Shown: one piece after another, positions 23,283 through 35,199 of the stretch
Position numbering within the stretch: the stretch's first letter is position 1
Layout of the letters: each line of letters begins with the position of its first letter
Source: Parasitella parasitica NRRL 2501
Taxonomy: Eukaryota; Fungi; Mucoromycota
Assembly (NCBI GenBank): GCA_025201805.1
Contig: MU619241.1
Span: 9,370 to 73,369 of the forward strand
Length of the DNA stretch: 64,000 nt
Direction: 5' to 3'
Notes under the pieces: model-generated
What the model was told of the DNA's origin: nothing
The model's input: the letters and a program-made list of their open reading frames with translations, nothing else
Database searches by the model: none
Translations under genes and position numbers: made by a program

Positions 23283-23588
23283 GACCTTTTTTAATGTATA
23301 ATCTATCAAGCGAGATGTGGAAATAAAAGAGTTTAAAGAAAGAAAAAAGAAAAAAGAAATGGAAAGCAGGGAGAAGAAAGGAAGGAGAAGGGGTACTTTG
23401 TTTTTTTTTTTATTTTATTTTATAGTACAATCAATCAATTAATTCACGGAATAGCTTGCTTCTTTAAGAAACCTGATGACTGCCGCCGTTGATTAGAAAA
23501 AACTGTGCTGGCTTGATGGATTTGACATGACAAGCTGTCAGCTTCTTGCTCGATTCTTGTATATTTCATCTTTTACTAAATACACGCC

Positions 23589-23614
23589 AAATCCTCAAAT
23601 CCTCAAATCCTCAA
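23589..23614. repeat. Short tandem repeat (aaatcctc)x3
   Basis: aaatcctcaaatcctcaaatcctcaa, upstream of Rax2. Confidence 0.8.
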
Positions 23615-24296
23615 TGCCGACGCATAACAAATCTGTGTATACGGTTTCAAGCACAAATAATCTACCTTGCATGTAGCGAAATGTAGCCTAGACATAAAAG
23701 ATAGTTCAAGAGACCTTGGAATTCATGTGACTCCATGATTGTTCTACTAGATCTTCGATACACGAATCTCTTGAACGCATATAAATTACTCTCAGATCAT
23801 GCAGAATTTTGCTGGACGTTCATTTTCCTGGAATATTTGGGATGAAGAGCATAACGATTCTTTTATGTCTCTACCCCTAAATTCACTAAAAAAAATACTT
23901 GTATACATTTCGGCCACAAAAAAAGAAAAAAGAAAAAAGAAAAAAAAAAAAATAGAGGCATTTTTCGTTGTAGCCCAAGTCGAAAATTAGCCAAATTTCC
24001 CTTTGCACTGGAGTATTCGTTTCGTGTCAAAGTCAAGTCAATTTTTCTGTAGAAAATGTTCAATCTAATGCTCCACCCCACATGTCTTATTGTGCTTTGC
24101 ATGTCTACATAATAAATGGTTGTGCGAAAGCTCGGTGTAGATTTCCTGAAATCACCATTCCGTTGTTAAAATTCAATTCTCCTCGTCATCAACATCAGTA
24201 AAATCAATGCTTTGTCACATAATACCATGCAGTTGGCTGTGTAAATGCGGAGCGCACTCTAATCCAATTTTTATTATTGTCATGTACGTGCATGGA

Positions 24297-26665
24297 TCAA
24301 AATATTTCAGCTCCTGTGTGAGCATCGTTTGGGTGAGAGCAATGCTCGTCCACATGCGTCAACTGCTGATTCGTATCAATCGCAGCAGTTGCGTCGTCGT
24401 CGTCATCGTCGTCGTGTTGATCTTCTTCAAAGAACCATTCCACCTGTTGAATGATAGCCTCAATGATTTTGCTGTGAAGATCTGACATCATGATACTGCT
24501 GAGGTCTTCTTGTGCAGACCTTAGTAGACCAACAGAGAAAATCAGAGCAAGATTTGATGTTTCCATCTTGTTGATTTCGGAATAGGAAGCTACCAGGTTG
24601 AGATGGCGCATTAAATATTGCAACACAATATAGTTGGGCGTCGGTAAGCTGTGGATGATAGATTTGATTTGAAACATCCGCTCTTCATAATCAGATATTT
24701 CTATAAAAGAGGCTTTAGTATACCAGCTGTGATGGACAAGGTACCATGCTACTTTACTTGCTGCCTCTATAAACCAGTCGTAGTATTCATGCGTCATTAA
24801 AGGATTTCGAAGTTCACGGAAATAAAGCTTTAGTAAACCAGTTACAGTATTAATATCACCTTCTTCTTGTAGTGGTACATTCTCTCCTAGTATTCACAGC
24901 GTTGTCAGTTATGTCATTATTCGGCTGTTGCTGTGATATCCCTACTCTTGTTGAATGTGGCTCTATATTTTTGTATTGCGGAAGCAGGACCTGATAATCT
25001 ATATATACCAACTGATTGTAATCCTCTAGCCTCTACCTGCTGAATGCATTGCGATACTATATGAGGTATATCTCCGTTGTCTTCCATTCGCAGATAGCCA
25101 CCGAAAACATCGTTCTCTATGCAAATGACATGAGCCCTAGTAATGCGATTGTACCTGCTTCTTTACCTCCACCAAGCTGCGTTTGACCGTATACATATTT
25201 TGGCTCAATCTTGTTCACATTGTTTTCATTACCACTGCTTCGATTGTCTGGTTTTGACGAGAACCAGTTGCCCCGGCTCCTTTTATCGTCAGCATGCTCC
25301 TTGGTCATTTTTCGGTTCACCTTCATTTGGCCCTCATCGAATGTAAGAGTCTTTAGCAGCCTCATAATCTCAGTTTCTCCATTTTGACCTTCTTTGCGTG
25401 CAATCAGTTCTCGCATAATCGCATCTAGCCATGATGAGAATTCCTTGTCACTCGTTGTTTGTATGTACAGCTTGACTTTTTGAGGCGTAGAGATGATAAA
25501 CACATGTTTGCGTTTGGTATCTTGTTTTCCAGCAGGATCAATTTTGCACGATTCGAGATCAAAACTTCCCACAGGAACGTGAGATGGAGACGGTTTCTGT
25601 TACCGTTGTGAGTCATTTGCTGCTACAAGCTCGTGGGCATAAAGTGTGCGTATACATTACTTTGCTTTTGACATGTCCCTCCTTGTACAAGAGCAGAAAT
25701 CCATTAGATAACACTGCATAATACACTTTCCAGGAGCTTAGTTTTCCTCCGTCTTCCTTGTCAGAAATCATCTTCATTTGAATATATCCCTTGTGTCTGA
25801 TCCAATCTGTTTGCAGCCTGTCAAATTCCTATAGAGCAGTTGGTAATACGATTACTTGTTTTCTTTGCCATGACTATATACCAATTTCTGCAGATCGTTG
25901 GGTTTCAGCCCTTGAAGAAAGGTTTCTGTGCTATTATCACGCTGAGGCAATGGAGGAGGGGCTTCTTGACTCGGCTTGTCCCATCGAGATTCGCCAGTTG
26001 CCTCACTAAAGTAATAGATGGTTCCCTCAGAGTCTACATCAAGTAAGCGTGAGCAATTTATATGGACGCGTTCTTGCTAAAGCTTACCAAATGCATGCTC
26101 CCATCCTGTAGGCAGAGGAAACTCTTTGTTATCGGCGTTGGATTGGATAGATGGATTTCGTTTTGCTGGCACACGAGGAGGCACATCACCATCTTGCACT
26201 ATTGATAGCATGGTATCTGCCTGAATGAATGACAGTAGAAAAATTAGTATTTGCTGGTTTTGCATTACTGGTTGGCTTTACGTTTTCTTGAGCTATCAAG
26301 CAAAATAAGATTAGCACACAAACTTTGTATTTGACGGTTATTAATACGATACCCAAGTCTTTGGTTGTTTCTAGACGTATTCTATTTGCAGGAAAGAAGC
26401 CGATTTCTTCATTCAATTCGCCTGGGTGTGTATGTGTGCTTAGTACGGTTTGATATAAAACAGCTTGCCGTCAGCTACTCGTATATACCTTCCCACCTTT
26501 TGCAAGAATAACAAGAGTTAGGTTCATTCGCAATGCAATGCTTTACATCTCGTACCAGTCATCGTTATGCTTTTCTAATAATTTTATTCTGTCACCTTGC
26601 TTGAATGAAAGCTCAAACTCGCCTTCTGCAGCATAGTCCCATACAGCAATAAGATACTGTGTCAT
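24297..26665 (-). CDS. RhoGAP with SH3-WW-PH-RhoGAP architecture (ARHGAP9/12/27-like), multi-exon
   Basis: ATG 26665. SH3: YLIAVWDYAAEGEFELSFKQGDRI..DDWWEG..IGFFPANRI. WW: LPTGWEHA..GTIYYFSEATGESRWDKP. PH: GYIQMK..SSWKVYYAVLSNGFLLLYK..WLDAI. RhoGAP: GIYRLSG, LLKLYFRELRNPL, NKMETSNLALIF. Confidence 0.9.
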
Positions 26666-27110
26666 TATTTACTATAAATGCTTGAGTAACAAAAGAGTTG
26701 ATTTTATCCAACAACCTGCAATATTGGAAGGCAGCCCCTTTCTGACCACAGCATTCATTATTTCTGGATTGTGTCACATCACAGCCCCTATAAGCAGGTG
26801 TGGAGTCTACAGAGCCTCCCATGTCAATTAGAGCTTTTGGAAAGAGGGATTATTTGTCCTGTTGGTGTGTACTTTTGAGAACATGATGATTATCGTTTTG
26901 AGTTGATGCATGCAATTTGTGAAGCTCATGGTATAAAAATTAAAGCGTAACAAGCGTGGTTTAGCTAAGCGCAAATATGAATCATGCAGTTGCAACGATT
27001 TCAAATGTAAGGAAATCCTGCTATTAGGAGAGGCATCTTTATTTTTTCATATTCGATCAAGCGAATCACAACAGGAAATACTATAATATATAATCGAATA
27101 TTGCAAGCTT

Positions 27111-28643
27111 TTACAATGCATGCCCTTGCGCTGATCGAAGCTCTAAATTATCTGAATTGTCCAAGACCTCAAGCACTGTATTACTGCTAATGCCAGGTTT
27201 ATAATCCTCTAAACACGAAAAGGAATGTCTAGCTTTACGAACAGGTTTGTGCTTCAAAAACTACAGGCTCGTTGTCAGTAATAGAATTACATAGCAAAAN
27301 NNNNNNNNNNNNNNNNNNNAAAAAAAAACGCTCAACTTACAGCTCCTGTTGCTCCCAAGTGACCTTCATGACGAAGAAATAACGCTTTCATGTCTCCATG
27401 TGACCAGAATTTGATAGCATAAGATAACGAATTCATAGTGATAGGATGACCTAACAAAACAATATGAGTAGGGTGTATTGGACAGCTCGACTCTAGTACT
27501 TTACCTCGAATAAAACATCCACCAAAGTAGATTCGCTTGATGCCATGTTGTTGCGCATTTAAATAAGCAATTTGTCCAATATTGTTGCTGACCATAAATA
27601 AGAGGCTCTTTGCGATATCCCCAGACGCAAAATCATCTTTATTTTGGCGTGCTCCTTTTTTGAATACCTTACCAAAACTAGATGCTATCCGTGAAGATTT
27701 CAATCCAAGTTTACTGTAATCCGAACCGTAAATATCACCAACTAGCAAATCCACGTTCCTGTTGTCGCCATTCTTTGATATCTCGAGCATGTCTATGCAT
27801 TTGCGTCAGACTTGTCAACAGTAACAATACGCCTATTCTTACCATCAAAAGAAGAAGCGTCCGTCAACATGGACAGTAAGCCCCAAAGTGTACCACCGCC
27901 CAGCTAATAGGCATGTCAGTATTTATGCAAACACACACGCAAGGGGATGCAACTCACCGAAGTTCCACTTATACGAGTAAAATCTTTCGGCCCTGGACCG
28001 TCTACTTTAAGAATACTGACGCCTGAGCCAATATTGACCAGCTGCATTGAGGTAAAAAAGTCAATGCAAATAGATGACAAGTTACTGCTATAATCTTACC
28101 ATATAGGGGTATACATCTTTTGTCTTTTCTTCAAATCGTATAGGATCAATGTCGAGTTCGTTGTAAGTAAACACTTCATAGGGTATCTCTGTAATAAAGA
28201 AGCTGAGGCCAGCAATCAAACACTCCATCTCGTCCTCCTTTTGGACAATTACACCGGGTAATCTAGATGCAAGTTTGTCATAGTACAGGTGTGCTCCACC
28301 TCCGGTAGCTTTTAGCACATGCTGAATGCTGTGATGTCGAGTATCTTTGAGCAGCGCCACTATATAGTCGATGCATTCGTCCACCTTTTCGGTTTCAAAC
28401 TTTTTGAAATGAAGGCGGCCACCTTTGCGATCTGCTGAAAGTGTGAAATAAATGACTTTGGCTAGCGATCCGCCAATCTAATTGCATCTAGTTTATTAGC
28501 TTCTCTAGTGTTTGCCAATTGAACAAAAGCTTTACATCAACTGCAATCTGCGAAACGTGTTCTGTTTGGTTTGGCAGGACGATATCTCTTGTTTCGTGGG
28601 CAGCATAGAAGGCCTCGGAAACACTGGCTCCTACAACATTCAT
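27111..28643 (-). CDS. CAB1: Type II pantothenate kinase, multi-exon
   Basis: IAVD|IGGSLAK, ATGGGAHLY, EDEMECLIAG, LVNIGSGVSILKV, GGGTLWGL, GDNRNVDLLVGDIYG, ASSFGK, NNIGQIA, YFGGCFIRG and FLRHEGHLGA. ATG 28643, TAA 27111. Confidence 0.93.
27300..27319. other. Assembly gap (20 N) within the last PanK intron
   Basis: N run flanked by poly-A. Confidence 0.99.
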
Positions 28644-29079
28644 TGAATTCGAAATATAATATCAAGAAAGAAAGAAGATGAGGGAACGTTGCAAAAGCCT
28701 TATATACTTTATTTGATCGGAGCCGAGTTGTGTGGTTTCCCAAAGAAAAAAGACGGGCAATCTCTATTTGTCATGACAACAACTTGGAGATCTGATACTC
28801 AAATTCAACGTTTTGGGGCTACATGTTGAAACTCGGGCTGACGATTTTGTTTCATACATCTACAGAACAAACAATCTAGCAACTTATGAATTACAGTATG
28901 TGACAATGTCATCCTGTACCCCTGTACTATATACCCAAATTTTCTGCAAAAAAGTAGTACCGCATTCGGAGCCATGGGAAATAAACTGTTATTGTGTGAG
29001 AGAACAAAAGGAACTGGGATTACCTAATTGGATTTGCTTCCTAATCTTATCTATCGATAGAAGGAAATGCTTCTAAATA

Positions 29080-29762
29080 TCAACATTGTTCAGCTATAAA
29101 GTAATAGATGAACAATAAAACCCCCACTGTTACTCTATCAGGTATCATGATTGCTATTTTTTGTTGGTTTTTATTACTTTCAATCTTCATTTTAAAATCA
29201 CGAATGAATGAATTACTGTTGTATTCAAAATCAATATTCTTTACTTTGAGCGTCGTTGGTTTAATCAGATCCACAATTACTTCAGGAAGTGCGCTTAATG
29301 GTCCAAGTATGACTTGTCCTGCTGCACAGTATTTTCAACATTTGGGAGTTATAATACTTAAGTATCCACCCTTACACACCACAAGATGAGCATAAAACAC
29401 TCACCTACATTATTTTTCTGGACTTCTGGTCGGGTAGGGTCACCGGAACAATTGCATTTGGTTATTTAACCAAATAATACAGTAGGCTTCATCACGTAAG
29501 CATTATGTGTTGTGTATGAATTCACTTGTCTTCCACAAAAGCAACTTTTGTTGGAGTTGCCGTATTTAGACTGTTGCATCTGGAACGATTCATGCCACAA
29601 ACAATTAATGCGTCTGGTTCGTGCGTGCCTTTTCCCTCCGCAAGCATCACAAATCAAGGTAGGTGTTAATGGCGTTGGATCAATACCATTTCCTAAACTC
29701 ATCGTGTAATTACGATGAGGAGATCTTTTCAAGTGGTCCTCTATTCCACAGAAACGTGACAT
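29080..29762 (-). mobile_element. Helitron-like RepHel N-terminal remnant
   Basis: The minus strand reads, across stops and frameshifts, CDACGGKRHAR..., LCSSCGV*GWI..SIITPKC*KYCAAGQVILGPLSALPEVIVDLIK...NSFIRDF. This resembles the CxxCxAxxW..P.FxxCCxxGxVxLxPLxxxP zinc-binding region at the start of Helitron RepHel proteins. Confidence 0.55.
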
Positions 29763-29878
29763 ATATCACAATATGAAGCAGTAGGCAGACTCACAACACT
29801 TGTATTAATTGAGTTTATCATGCCACTCAATCTGCGTGTGTTCTACTGGTATGGCCTATCTTTGACATGAAATTATTG

Positions 29879-30700
29879 CTGTATCCAATAGAAAACAATA
29901 AATTACCTCTATTTCACTTCCGTTGTCATGGCAACCGTTCCTGGATCGCACCTAAGGTTCAATATCGTGGGTAGAATATCAATATAGCCGTTTAAGATTT
30001 GAGGTATACAAAGCTGAACATGTTTATTTTTATGATATAGCAATAAAAAAAGTTTAACATTTATATTTGGTATTGCCATCATTAACTTCAATAATAGCCT
30101 TGCATCGAGAGCTCATACTTCCGACTAAAGTCTCCACAAATAAATGAGGTATTGCATACCACTCATTGCAAATATAGGTCTCCAACTGATCTATATTCTC
30201 CAATTCATATCTACGGCTCTCTATTCGCTTTCAAAATAAGCCCAGACATATTCAATGAGGTTAAGGTCTTGACTTTTGAGGTGGTTAGAAATCGAACCCT
30301 TAAATTTGATGTCTCTGCTTTCATCAGGTTGCATACTTTCGAGTATGACAAGAGGCTCCGTCTTCTTGGAATATAAATTCCTTGGAATGTTCAACACTCA
30401 AGTTCTGCGACCATGGAAGGAAGCGTTCGGACAAACAGTTGACATAAGCGTCGTGATTGACACTTACTTTTATGGTTACAATAAGACTCAAACCCCAAGC
30501 CCAGAAGCAACACTAAATCATTACTGAACCGTTCCCAAACTTTACAATCCTTCGAAAATGATTTGGAGAGAACTTTTTGACTTTTTTGAATCACTCGGAC
30601 CCTTGCATCGCTGCCATTAATCAAATATAAATAAAGCCATTCTCTATTATTATAAGCTACATAGTAGGTATTGGACACAAAACTTTTCTGCTTCTAAAAT
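29879..30700 (-). mobile_element. Degenerate Tc1/mariner element (DDE transposase pseudogene with 3' terminus)
   Basis: The minus strand reads TVKFGKGSVMIWCCFWA..DAYVNCLSERFLPW..FIFQEDGASCHT..AT**KQRHQI*GFDF*PP/QSQDLNLIEYVW..MSSRCKAIIEVNDGNTKY, a typical Tc1 catalytic domain with stops and a frameshift. The terminus ctgtatccaatag is at 29879. The 5' boundary is unresolved and may reach ~30900. Confidence 0.85.
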
Positions 30701-31000
30701 AATCATAGACCCGAGATCAAGCCTGGAAAACATACGAGGTGCTATTTGATAATGCAAAACATTCGTATTGACGGAAAATGCATATTTATATAAAGCCGAC
30801 ATCGGAAACACAATGATGTAAAGGATGTAAAGGATGTAAAAACGCCTATTAACTACTTGATTCCACAACAAAGTAAAGGCTTGTTTAGATTTGGCTATCA
30901 ATGCAACAGATACCACTGGGTGATCTGGTGTAGTTTTTGCGTTTAAACAGTCATCGAAAAAAAAAATTGCCAATCCTTTGTTTCTCTTGATAATAAGCAC

Positions 31001-32668
31001 ATGATTACACCCACCTTCAAAGTTGATCAGGATAATGATTCTGTCAGTATTACAATCAACACACCCTACGTTAGAGTAAGTAAAATCAGGCAGTTTGATG
31101 GACAGATTTATTTAAAAAGTAGGGTTTAGGCTCAGGATGTTGATCTTCATGTAGAAGGCAGCGAATTTCGATTCTACTTGCGACCATACTTTCTGAGGTA
31201 CATATTTGCAGAATAAATTATTACAAATGAAAATATTGACAGTATATGAATAGATTACATCTCCCAGGAAATATTATTGAAGATGACAACTCAAAAGCTG
31301 TATATGACCCATCAGCGGGTCAATTCAACATTCAAGTAGCCAAAGAAACCAAGGGCCAACATTTTCCTGATCTGGATTTACTCACTAAACTTTTGGCAAG
31401 AACAGGCGAAAAAAACAGTAATGAGCCCAAGAAACCCTTGATCGAAGTAATTGGAAGTGATGAACAAAAAAAAGCAACCTTGAATGATGATGAAATCCAA
31501 GATGCTATTGATTTCAATTGGGAATTACCTCAGAAAGTGCCCTTTGCGGAGGACCAGCTTTCCATCGCAACGCAATACGGGTTCAATGATCAGTATAATG
31601 GCTATTTCACACATATCCACGAAACTATGAATGAAATAAGCGAAATCAGCGAACCTGAGAAATCAACAATAAAAAGTCGACGTGAAGAAAGGATTGCATC
31701 CGAAAATGCTCGGTTTGATGAAGATTATTACTGTATGGATTTTGTCAATAATGAAGCAATCCAAGAATTGTGCAAGTTTAAAACTATTTACGCAAAAGAA
31801 TTGAAGCGTGTACAGGCGAATCAAAAAAGTGGCCAAGTAAACAGTAAAGTAACAATAAATTTAACATGCATGATTTTTGGCTAATCAGTTTTGTTTGTCA
31901 GAGTCTATGATCCAGGAAATTGGCCCTGTTGATACGACTGGAGACCTCGAAATGGATAAATTATCGATTAACGATACAAAGGATACACTTTTAAAATTCA
32001 CTAGTAAAGAGGAGGCAGCCATGCGCAGTTTACCCAACAAGGAATACCTGTTATCCTATGAAAAAGGCACATATCTTGGACTAGTGGATCTCATGTTTGC
32101 ATACTCGTACAATTATCGCGTTACTGAAGGCGACAATAACGTGGAGTCCGCATGGTGTATTGGTAGAATTAGTCCTACGCTGTCATCCTTGGAGCAATTT
32201 ACAGTGATTAAGGATGTTTTAATATCATCTTATAGAAGAGCATTGACGTACCCGTTGTACAGAAGTCTGCACTTATGCGAAAAAGTGCTTTCAGATGTTT
32301 ATATATTATTTAAACTTGGAAAAAGAGCCATCCTGAAAGCTTTATTAGACATGAAAGATATTTTCGATCATCATGATGTATATTATGTATACAGCAAAAT
32401 ATTTCTAGATGACTATTGCGTATGGATCCAGCATGCAAAGTTAGTATTGCCTATAGATTGATGTTTGGCAGTATGCTGACGTTGCAATGGTAGTGACAAT
32501 GTGTTTAGAACTTTGGCACACGAACTTCATCATTTCAAAGTAGAGAAAAATGAATTAGGATGGAATTTAGAGGAACTAGAAGAAATCGCAGAGCAAATGA
32601 GAGATATGGAAGGAGACACGAATCAAGATAACGAACAGGATATACAAAGAGCACAGATGATTCTTTGA
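31001..32668 (+). CDS. SHQ1: H/ACA RNP assembly factor Shq1, multi-exon
   Basis: CS domain MITPTFKVDQD..PYVR..FRFYLRPYFLRLHLPG..KETKGQHFPDLDLLTKLL, then YGFNDQYNG, FDEDYY, ESAWCIGRISPTLS, RRALTYPLYR and ELGWNLEELE. TGA at 32666-68. Confidence 0.92.
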
Positions 32669-32681
32669 ATAAAAAGTATTT

Positions 32682-34415
32682 TCACACAGCAGAAGGCTCG
32701 GGAGGTGATGGTGGGGGCGATAATGTATCTGAAGAGCCAATGCGAAGGGGTGACAATGGGAGTTTGGAATCCTGAGCTGCTGTAGTAACTGATGGCGTAC
32801 AAGCGTTTGTTGCTGGCTTTCTTGCCGTGTAAGATAGCCAGTTAATGCAGGAATGATACGAATCGACTTCGACATCCATAATTTCAGTGATAATATCGTT
32901 CATTTCTTTCATTCCAACGTTGTTTAACTGGCAAAGCCACTTGGAAAGCACTCGTATTCGTCTTTCAATGAGGTCTTTAAACAAGTAGCCTGTTTCACGT
33001 AAATCTAGATGTATAGTTTTCGTCAGAATTAGTATGCTGTGGATATACGTGAGGCTTACTCTCAGTAGAGCACCATTCTCCTAATGGCAAAACCACAGCG
33101 TCTTTATTGATATCGTCAAAGCCTGCACGGACCAAATGAGCTCCTAATTTAGTTGCAATATTTCGATCTACCTCTAACTCATCGAAAAAGACATCAAACC
33201 ATTTATGTAGTTTCTTGCCACAAGGGCCATCCGATTGGATGGTGAGTGCTACAAGTATGTATAAAAAAGTATGAGTTGCGCAATCATTTATACAATGTAT
33301 CCATAGTGTGCACTACATACAGTGCTCTTCTATTTCAATCCAACCTCCTGGCTTTAATATACGGAAAATAGCCTTCAGTATATTGTCCCATTTCCAAACA
33401 GGTGCATTAATCAGCCATGTGTCTCTAAGAATGACAAAATCAACAGAATCGTCTTGGAATGACTCTAGACCTGTGTATGCATCGTGAATAACAGCAAACC
33501 TAAACTCTAAATTAGGTATTCCATGTTGCAAGCTTGAGAGAGTTGCTGCTTTATAATCTACACCGATGATTTTTGCTCTAGGAAATAGTGCTGCCATTTC
33601 CATGTCCCATAAACCTATACCGCAACACCAGTGGACAATGATGGCAGGGTTCTTTAGATCTGCGCGATATATGTTTTGCCAAATTCGCTTCAGTAAATAG
33701 TGCTAAATAAACGAGCTGTTGGTTTCTGATTGTGGAAATGGAATCAGCGAAAACTTACTAGCCTTTGTTGTCTGTCTTTTTCTTTTCGACGATCAGCTTC
33801 ACTACTAGGCTGGATAAAGAGATTGAGCATGACCTCTTGGCTCGTCACTTTTTTACGTATGGCAGATTTACCACCACTTTGCAGCCACTCACTGCATTGC
33901 AAAGAATCTCCATTTTGAGCCGCTATGGATGAGCTTGATGATGATTCGGGAGGCGATGATGACGGATAGATGACTAATGCATTGCTGACATGAACAGTAC
34001 TGTCAGCATCGTCATAAAGGCTTTTTCTGCTCGTCTCTGGACGTTGAGATATTATGCATGGCAGAGCAGAAAAATGCTGCAGCAGCATCGCAGCCTTTTC
34101 TTGCTCATACCGCTCATTTACCTTCATAGCAACGGCATTTATGACTGTATTGTCATGATCTATTAGCATGTTGTATGTTTTGTAATTCCCAGCACCAGGT
34201 GCTAATGTGGAACTGGCGTGCGACTTGTCCTTCTCTAGCTTAACCGACGATGCTCTATTATTTTGACACTTTTTCTTATGCATAAACATATTCTTGTTGA
34301 ATAGATTTCCGGAAGCGGAAGAGTCTCCTGACGTTGTCGAGTATACCTGGTTATCATGTTCATTTTCTCTCAACGATTTTTTTGGTTTATTCAGTTTTGA
34401 AGTGTTTGCACCCAT
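32682..34415 (-). CDS. Class I SAM-dependent methyltransferase-like protein (LaeA/Methyltransf-type) with N-terminal MGxxxS
   Basis: Spliced product: MGANTSK..EKDRQQRL|HYLLKRIW..PAIIVHWCCGIGLWDMEMAALFPRAKIIGVDY..FQDDSVDFV..WDNILKAIFRILKPGGWIEIEE..PLGEW..WLSYTARKP. Four exons. Confidence 0.8.
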
Positions 34416-34472
34416 TTTGCAAGAAAAATCAAGAAAGGAAATGTATGGATAAATCTATTATTTCGGGAAATT

Positions 34473-35199
34473 TCAGCTTCTTTTTGATCTGTTGCTTTTT
34501 TTCTTGCCAGACTCTTCTTGTTGCCATTTCATTCTTCTATCCTCAAGTGTCCTATTAACAAGAAATAAATAAACTGAAGGCCAGCATGAATCTGGCTTTC
34601 TTACTTGGCCATCTGTGCTTCCAATTCTTGCTGGATGTGGGGCAGTTTAGGCATTCCGTTCCGCACTCGAATTTCGTTGACTTGATCTACAACAAAACAA
34701 TCGCATTAATTGATTCGCTAGTATGCTCTATATGTCGTATTATTTACCGTGCAATGGCTCGTATTGTTCCGTCTTTATCTTGTTGACAGACCTTTCAAGG
34801 TCTTCACTTTCTTTTGCTAATGATTGCTCAACTTCTGCTATCTTTTTATCAACCATGTAAATTAATACCCTCAATCAAAGAATTTTAAAAAGCTAGTTTA
34901 CCGAGTTTAAATCTCGAGTTATATTCTGTAACATCTCTTGCAACAGTTTTCTTTCTCGTTGAAGTTTTTGTTTCTCTGTATTTGTCTCTTCTAGCAGGTT
35001 TTTTTTGGCTTCAAGCACTTCGGTTTTGGACAATAATGTGGCTTTACAGTCGACAAGCGCTTGCGTCTTGCTCCTGAACTCTCTCATTTAGACCACAAGC
35101 CGATGTTAGGTTAACTTTACGCTACCTTAATAGATCCAAGGAATTCGACTGGGATTTGATGACATTAAAGTCTAGTTCTGCGCTACTCATAGAGCTCAT
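34473..35199 (-). CDS. ZC4H2-like coiled-coil protein (no zinc finger), 5 exons
   Basis: Spliced product: MSSMSSAELDF..LLR|EFRSKTQAL..LQNITRDLNS|IAEVEQ..EQYEPLH|DQVNEIRVRNGMPKLPHIQQELEAQMA|KTLEDRRMKWQQEESGKKKSNRSKRS*. This resembles the animal ZC4H2 coiled coil ([27 protein letters not shown]). The first acceptor is a weak GAG. Confidence 0.72.
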
